A DNA stretch of 64,000 nucleotides from Candidatus Spongiisociaceae bacterium. GTDB lineage: Bacteria > Actinomycetota > Acidimicrobiia > Spongiisociales > Spongiisociaceae. Every line of letters starts with the position of its first letter. Position 1 is the stretch's first letter. Location: contig OZ253564.1 in NCBI GenBank assembly GCA_965262915.1, positions 1,952,001 through 2,016,000 on the forward strand. Reading direction: 5' to 3'. Shown one piece after another: positions 59,289 through 64,000 of this stretch. The notes beneath the pieces were generated by a model that was not told where the DNA came from, searched no databases, and saw only the letters and a list, made by a program, of their open reading frames with translations. Made by a program: the position numbers and the translations under genes.

Positions 59289-59599
59289 ACCCGGGAATGC
59301 GCAGAAACGTGACCACCTCAGAGTCGGTACTGACCTGGGAAGCGCCGACATCAGGAGGAACCGTCGATACTTATACCATCAAAACGTGTTCAACCACAGT
59401 AGCGGTCCGCTAACAGCTCAGGCAGTGGTCTCGACCCTCACCTAGGATGCCTCGACGTGGGTAAACCTATTCGGATCGGACGTTACAGTACAGATCCGAG
59501 CACGTAACTCAGCCGGGAACTCGCCCTGGACAGAAGCAGTATCATCCAACCCCGCCCGCCTGAACCACCCACTGGACTTGAACCGGCCCGTGCTCGTCG

Positions 59600-59810
59600 G
59601 TTACCCGACTGCAGACAGCCTGGGAAGCGTTCCCAGTTGATAGCGTTGAATCCGCCTTGGTTTGTCTTGTTCGGGTCGGCGTTCGGTACGGCGGGCCCAT
59701 TAGCAGGACTGATGGTGATCCTGATCGTCTATCTATCACCGGTGTGGAACAAACAACGGCGGGGCTGGCATGACAAGACATCCAGCACCGTCGTAGTCAA
59801 AGCCATCTGA
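59600..59810 (+). pseudogene. RDD family membrane protein C-terminal remnant
   Basis: SPVWNKQRRGWHDKTSSTVVVKAI-stop preceded by a hydrophobic stretch. Confidence 0.6.
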
Positions 59811-60269
59811 CTACTCCACGGCTCCAACTATCCGTTGAGTATCCTATCGGGTAATCGAAGAGATGACTCTGCTCTGGCCTAGAGTCCGGCCCGGTCCTCG
59901 GGGTATCTGTCCGCCGAAGGAAGTGGCTCGCTCCTATCAGCGAATAAGGCGCGACGGCTGACACGCCGAGCACAACGTCGAACCCTCCCTGCTTCGCCGA
60001 CCAAGAGCTGGTCCTACTGGTCGGGCCGCGGGCCGCGTATCGAGTTGTCCGGCTCCGGCAGCCCGTGACCCGGGCGACCCTCTATCTTGGTCTCGACAAG
60101 TAGGGTTAGAATGTGGCCTCCCCGTCCGTCTCCTTCGCGACCGGATTGACGCACACTCCTTGCGAGTGTGCCCGATAGTGTCGGCGGTCGTTCCAAGCTC
60201 CCTGGGCTCCTCCACCTGTGCCGAGCGACCGGGCAGCGCAGTTCGTTCGTTGCGGGCCTTCGGATTGCG

Positions 60270-60932
60270 GTGAGGAGGGCACCGATCTCCGTCGACCTTA
60301 AGCTGGCTCGACTCCGCCAGGAGTACGAGACCGAGGGGTTGTCGATGGCAGGTCTCGATCCCGATCCGATCCGGCAGTTCGCGAGGTGGATGGACGCCGC
60401 CGTGAGCGCCGGCGTGCCACAACCCAACGCGATGACCGTGGCCAGCGCCGATGCCCGGGGCAGGCCCTCCGCCCGGGCGGTGTTGCTGAAGGGATACGAG
60501 TCGTCCGGTTTCGTGTTCTACACCAACCTGGAGAGCCGCAAGGCCCGCGAGATCGACGCTAACCCGTGGGCGGCACTGTGCATCGTGTGGCTCGAACTGC
60601 ATCGGCAGGTGCGGATCGAAGGGCCGGTGGAGCGAGTTGATGACGGGGTGGCCGATGATTACTTCGCATCCCGGCCTCGGGAGGCGCAGATCGCCGCAGC
60701 CGCCTCCCCGCAGAGCCGGGTGGTGCGCGACCGGGCCGCCCTGGAGGCACTGGTGGGACAAAGGGAGGTCGAGTACGGCGAAGCGGAAGTGTCGAGGCCC
60801 GGGCACTGGGGAGGCTTGAGGGTCTGTCCCGAACGGATCGAGTTCTGGCAGGGCCGCCGTCACCGCCTTCACGACCGCATCGTCTACGAGACCGGTGGGG
60901 GAGGGTGGCGAAAGGCGCGGCTGGCGCCTTGA
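60270..60932 (+). CDS. pdxH: Pyridoxamine 5'-phosphate oxidase
   Basis: LRQEY, PSARAVLLK, FYTNLESRK, RQVRIEG and EFWQGR..RLHDR; start uncertain. Confidence 0.93.
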   Translation: MRRAPISVDLKLARLRQEYETEGLSMAGLDPDPIRQFARWMDAAVSAGVPQPNAMTVASADARGRPSARAVLLKGYESSGFVFYTNLESRKAREIDANPWAALCIVWLELHRQVRIEGPVERVDDGVADDYFASRPREAQIAAAASPQSRVVRDRAALEALVGQREVEYGEAEVSRPGHWGGLRVCPERIEFWQGRRHRLHDRIVYETGGGGWRKARLAP

Positions 60933-61327
60933 TCGCGGCCCGCGCCCGGCTTCCCGAGGCCATGAGGGCTGCGATGATCGCCCACGCGGCGGATGCTGCG
61001 CCGCGCGAGGCATGCGGTCTGGTGGCGTATGACAGGCTGGGCCGCCCCGCTCGCCTGTACCGGCTCACCAACGTGGATCCGGATCCCGCTCGCTTCGAGA
61101 TAGATCCGGCCGAGCACTTCCATGTTATCCAGGAGGCGGAGGCCGAAGGCTGGCGGGTAGGGGCTGTGTACCACTCCCATCCCCGTGGTGCGGCGGTCCC
61201 TTCGGATACCGACCTGCGGGCCGGTATCGACCGGGAGTGGATCTCGTTCATTGTCGGTCGCCGGAAGAGCCGGTGGACAGTGGTTCCGTTCGCCATGGAG
61301 GAGGAAAGCGCCCGCCCTCTCATCTAG
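60929..61327 (+). CDS. JAB/MPN+ (M67) metallopeptidase, Mec-like
   Basis: EACGL, YHSHP and PSDTD JAMM motif. Confidence 0.88.
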   Translation: MIAARARLPEAMRAAMIAHAADAAPREACGLVAYDRLGRPARLYRLTNVDPDPARFEIDPAEHFHVIQEAEAEGWRVGAVYHSHPRGAAVPSDTDLRAGIDREWISFIVGRRKSRWTVVPFAMEEESARPLI

Positions 61328-61379
61328 CGTTCGCACCGAAATTCGTTGACTTCGATGCTCGTTCGACGAAGATGTCCTT

Positions 61380-62303
61380 ATGCCGTCGGAACATGCTCTC
61401 GCCGCGGGTGCAGAACCCGCATCCGGTCCCGTTCGATGGTGGGAACCGGGATTGGACAGCTACCTGTCGCGTCTCGAGAGCCAGCGCGGTCTGTCCCCCA
61501 ACACCGTGGCTGCCTACCGGCGGGACCTCCGGCAGTTCTTCGGTTACGTCGACCGCAGAGGGGTGGACGGGCTGGGACGGATCGACCGGAAGGTCATCCG
61601 GGGATTTCTCGGTTCGCTCGACCGGCAGGGATACGCCCGGCGTTCCGTCGCCCGAAAGGCCTCGGCGATCCGCGCCTTTCTGACCGACTGCGTGCGGCGG
61701 GGAGATCTGGAGGTCAACCCCGCTGACGGGCTGGCCAGGCCCAAGACCCCCCGGACCCTCCCGCAGGCCCTCACCCAACGAGACGTAACCTCTCTACTCG
61801 ACTCCATCGACGGTGACGACCCGAACTCACTGCGCGACCGGGCGGTGCTGGAGACCCTCTATGCCACCGGGATGAGGGTGTCCGAGTTGGCGTCGCTCAC
61901 AGTGGACACGGTCCGCGGGAAGGACCGGCTCCTGGTCACGGGTAAGGGAGGGCACGACCGGGTCATACCTCTCGGTGTCCACGCCCGGGATGCCATCGAG
62001 CGCTACCTGCAGACCGGGCGACCGGCGCTTGCAGGGCAGCGTCCCACTACCGCTCTCTGGATAGGGGGACGGGGTGTCGAGATGAGTGCCCGGAGCCTGC
62101 GCCGGCTGGTCCGGGCGCGGGCGGGCACCTTTCCTCACGCCCTCCGCCACTCGTTTGCCACCCACCTCCTGGAGGGGGGCGCCGATCTGAGCACCGTACA
62201 GCAGTTGCTCGGGCATGTGGAGCTCGGTACAACGCAGATCTACACGTCCCTGAGCCGGCACCACCTACGCGCCACCTACGAGCGGAGCCATCCGCGCGCG
62301 TGA
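61380..62303 (+). CDS. xerC: Tyrosine recombinase XerC
   Basis: SPNTVAAY, LYATGMRVSEL, GKG, HALRHSFATHLL, LLGH and TQIY; usual position before rpsB. Confidence 0.85.
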   Translation: MPSEHALAAGAEPASGPVRWWEPGLDSYLSRLESQRGLSPNTVAAYRRDLRQFFGYVDRRGVDGLGRIDRKVIRGFLGSLDRQGYARRSVARKASAIRAFLTDCVRRGDLEVNPADGLARPKTPRTLPQALTQRDVTSLLDSIDGDDPNSLRDRAVLETLYATGMRVSELASLTVDTVRGKDRLLVTGKGGHDRVIPLGVHARDAIERYLQTGRPALAGQRPTTALWIGGRGVEMSARSLRRLVRARAGTFPHALRHSFATHLLEGGADLSTVQQLLGHVELGTTQIYTSLSRHHLRATYERSHPRA

Positions 62304-62459
62304 GGCTGCGGGCAATGCCGACCGATCCTCGGTTCGTTCGCGCCGGCCGGTGGTCAGGGAGCGACGTCGACCGCGGGGCCGATCGTAATCCCATCGTTCC
62401 CCGGCCGCGTAGCGTTTCCGGAGGGGCCGGCACTGGTTTATTGCGGGGCACTCACCTAC

Positions 62460-62580
62460 ACTCCGCCTCAATCACGCACGTTCACCGCAGCCTCCCGCGG
62501 TCGGGCCGTATGGCTCGGGGAGGTTCGGAGGCGCCCTCTGAGAACGGGTGAACGGAGGCCGGAACCAAATAGAGGAGGAG
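62460..62580 (+). promoter_or_regulatory. Structured rpsB 5' leader (likely S2 autoregulatory element)
   Basis: CGTTCACC (62479-62486) / GGTGAACG (62547-62554) stem ahead of the GAGGAG RBS. Confidence 0.45.
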
Positions 62581-62586
62581 GCGCAC

Positions 62587-63315
62587 TTGTCTGCGGTCAC
62601 CATGAAGCAGTTGCTTGAGGCCGGTGTCCATTTCGGTCATCAGACCCGCCGCTGGAACCCCAAGATGGCCCCGTACATATTCGGGGAGCGCAACGGGATC
62701 CATATCATCGACCTCCGCAGAACGCTGCAGGAGATCGACAAGGCCTACGAGTTCATCCGCGATCTGGTAGCGGACGGCGGCTCCGTGCTGTTCGTAGGCA
62801 CCAAGAAGCAGGCCCGGCCGGCCATCCTCGAAGCTGCGGTCACTGCCGAGATGCCCTACGTCAACTTCCGGTGGCTGGGTGGGATGCTGACCAACTTCAA
62901 GACGATCAACCAGCGGATCTTCTACATGAAGGAACTCGCCGCGATGGAACACTCGGGCGATATCGAGCAGTTGCCAAAGAAGGAGCGTCTCCGGCTCAGG
63001 CGGGAGTTCGCCGCTCTGGAGCGGACGCTGGGAGGCGTTGCCGATATGGAAAAACCCCCGGCGGCGATGTTCGTGGTCGATCTCAACGCCGAGCATATCG
63101 CGGTACGCGAGGCCTTTCGTCTCGACATTCCGGTGATCGCCCTCGTCGATTCTAACTGCAACCCAGACGATATCGACTTCGTCATACCGGGCAACGACGA
63201 TGCCATCCGGGCCGCCTCGCTCGTTGCCGGCGCCATCGCCTCCGCCTGCGTGGAAGGCAGGCAGCAGGCCCTGGCAGGGGACGAGAGCGACGCCGGGAGC
63301 GAGGCCGGCGACTAG
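62587..63315 (+). CDS. rpsB: 30S ribosomal protein S2
   Basis: [28 protein letters not shown] and PGNDDAIR. Confidence 0.98.
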   Translation: MSAVTMKQLLEAGVHFGHQTRRWNPKMAPYIFGERNGIHIIDLRRTLQEIDKAYEFIRDLVADGGSVLFVGTKKQARPAILEAAVTAEMPYVNFRWLGGMLTNFKTINQRIFYMKELAAMEHSGDIEQLPKKERLRLRREFAALERTLGGVADMEKPPAAMFVVDLNAEHIAVREAFRLDIPVIALVDSNCNPDDIDFVIPGNDDAIRAASLVAGAIASACVEGRQQALAGDESDAGSEAGD

Positions 63316-63353
63316 GGGAACGACCAGATGAGAGCTTCCTGAAGGACGGCGAT

Positions 63354-63974
63354 ATGGCACAGTTCACAGCCAAAGACGTGCAGACCCTCCGTCGCGCGAC
63401 AGGCGTCGGGATGATGGATTCCAAGAAGGCGCTCGTCGAGTGCGACGGCGACATGGACAAGGCCAAGGAGTGGCTGCGGGAAAAAGGCCTGGCCGACGCC
63501 AAGAAGCGGGCCGGGCGCGATGCCAACCAGGGCACGGTGGGCTACTACGTGCATCAGCCTTCCGGCTACCCCACGGTGGGCGTGATCCTTGAGTTGGCTT
63601 CGGAGACCGATTTCGTGGCGAAGAGCGGTCCCTTCCAGAAGATGGCGCGGGACCTCGCCATGCACGTGGCCGCGGCGCAGCCTCGCTGGGTGCGCCGCGA
63701 GGACGTTCCCGAGGACACGATCGGCAAGGAGAGGGAACTCATCGCCCGTGAGGCCCGCGCCTCGGGTAAGCCGGATCGCGTGGTCGAGATGATCGTGGCC
63801 GGCAAGGTGCAGTCCTACCTCGAGGAACACGTGCTTTACGAGCAGGATTTCATCCGGACCGACCAGTATGACGGTAAGGTCGGTGACATGGTGACGGAAC
63901 TGGCCGCCGCGATGGGTGAGAACATCGCGATACGCCGGTTCTCCCGGATCGCGGTAGGCGAGCGGGAGCTCTAG
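63354..63974 (+). CDS. tsf: Elongation factor Ts (short form)
   Basis: LRRATGVGMMDSKKAL, ETDFVA and GENIAIRRF. Confidence 0.97.
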   Translation: MAQFTAKDVQTLRRATGVGMMDSKKALVECDGDMDKAKEWLREKGLADAKKRAGRDANQGTVGYYVHQPSGYPTVGVILELASETDFVAKSGPFQKMARDLAMHVAAAQPRWVRREDVPEDTIGKERELIAREARASGKPDRVVEMIVAGKVQSYLEEHVLYEQDFIRTDQYDGKVGDMVTELAAAMGENIAIRRFSRIAVGEREL

Positions 63975-64000
63975 GTGCCGCCGGCCCGCCGCCGGGTGCT
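63975..64000 (+). CDS. pyrH: UMP kinase, 5' end only
   Basis: GTG immediately after tsf stop, reads MPPARRRV; rpsB-tsf-pyrH synteny. Confidence 0.6.

Larger units (their letters stand above)
3916..59810. mobile_element. Accessory genomic island downstream of ssrA (right boundary approximate)
   Basis: Begins at the tmRNA 3' end; IS remnants at both edges; catabolic cargo between housekeeping blocks; no integrase or attR seen. Confidence 0.6.

Noticed and set aside
59400-60200. attR duplicate of the ssrA 3' end
   Set aside because: No convincing match found by eye; needs an exact search
60929-61327. JAB protein as part of a CBASS or ubiquitin-like defence system
   Set aside because: No cyclase, E1/E2 or ubiquitin-like gene nearby; coupled to housekeeping pdxH
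61380-62303. Tyrosine recombinase as the island integrase
   Set aside because: Xer-type motifs and the usual position upstream of rpsB-tsf; separated from the island by core genes

Overview
High-GC actinobacterial chromosome segment (Acidimicrobiia-like is my inference). Core genes flank the window: ftsE-ftsX-M23 peptidase-smpB-ssrA on the left, and pdxH-JAB-xerC-rpsB-tsf-(pyrH) on the right. Between them, starting right after the tmRNA 3' end, is a ~56-kb accessory region with decayed IS110 elements on the left and IS110, ISL3 and Shedu-like remnants on the right. Its cargo is a large catabolic cluster with no intact regulator: 8 luciferase-like (probably F420-dependent) oxidoreductases, 2 cyclic amidohydrolases, a C-N hydrolase, an amidase with a small partner ORF, a D-aminoacylase, an aminotransferase, an ornithine-cyclodeaminase-like enzyme, a split ThDP decarboxylase with two beta subunits, an orphan Mo-hydroxylase subunit, 3 CoA ligases, MaoC, thiolase and DUF35 proteins, and an Opp-type ABC importer with two CSRC-motif binding proteins. 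Together these suggest an undescribed N-heterocycle degradation pathway. The clearest sequence-level result is that two IS110 elements carry readable bridge-RNA guides matching their own ends and flanking target DNA. One also has a 17-bp-spaced circle-junction promoter and a transposase with an extra C-terminal HTH. All family calls are by motif recognition only; no searches were run.
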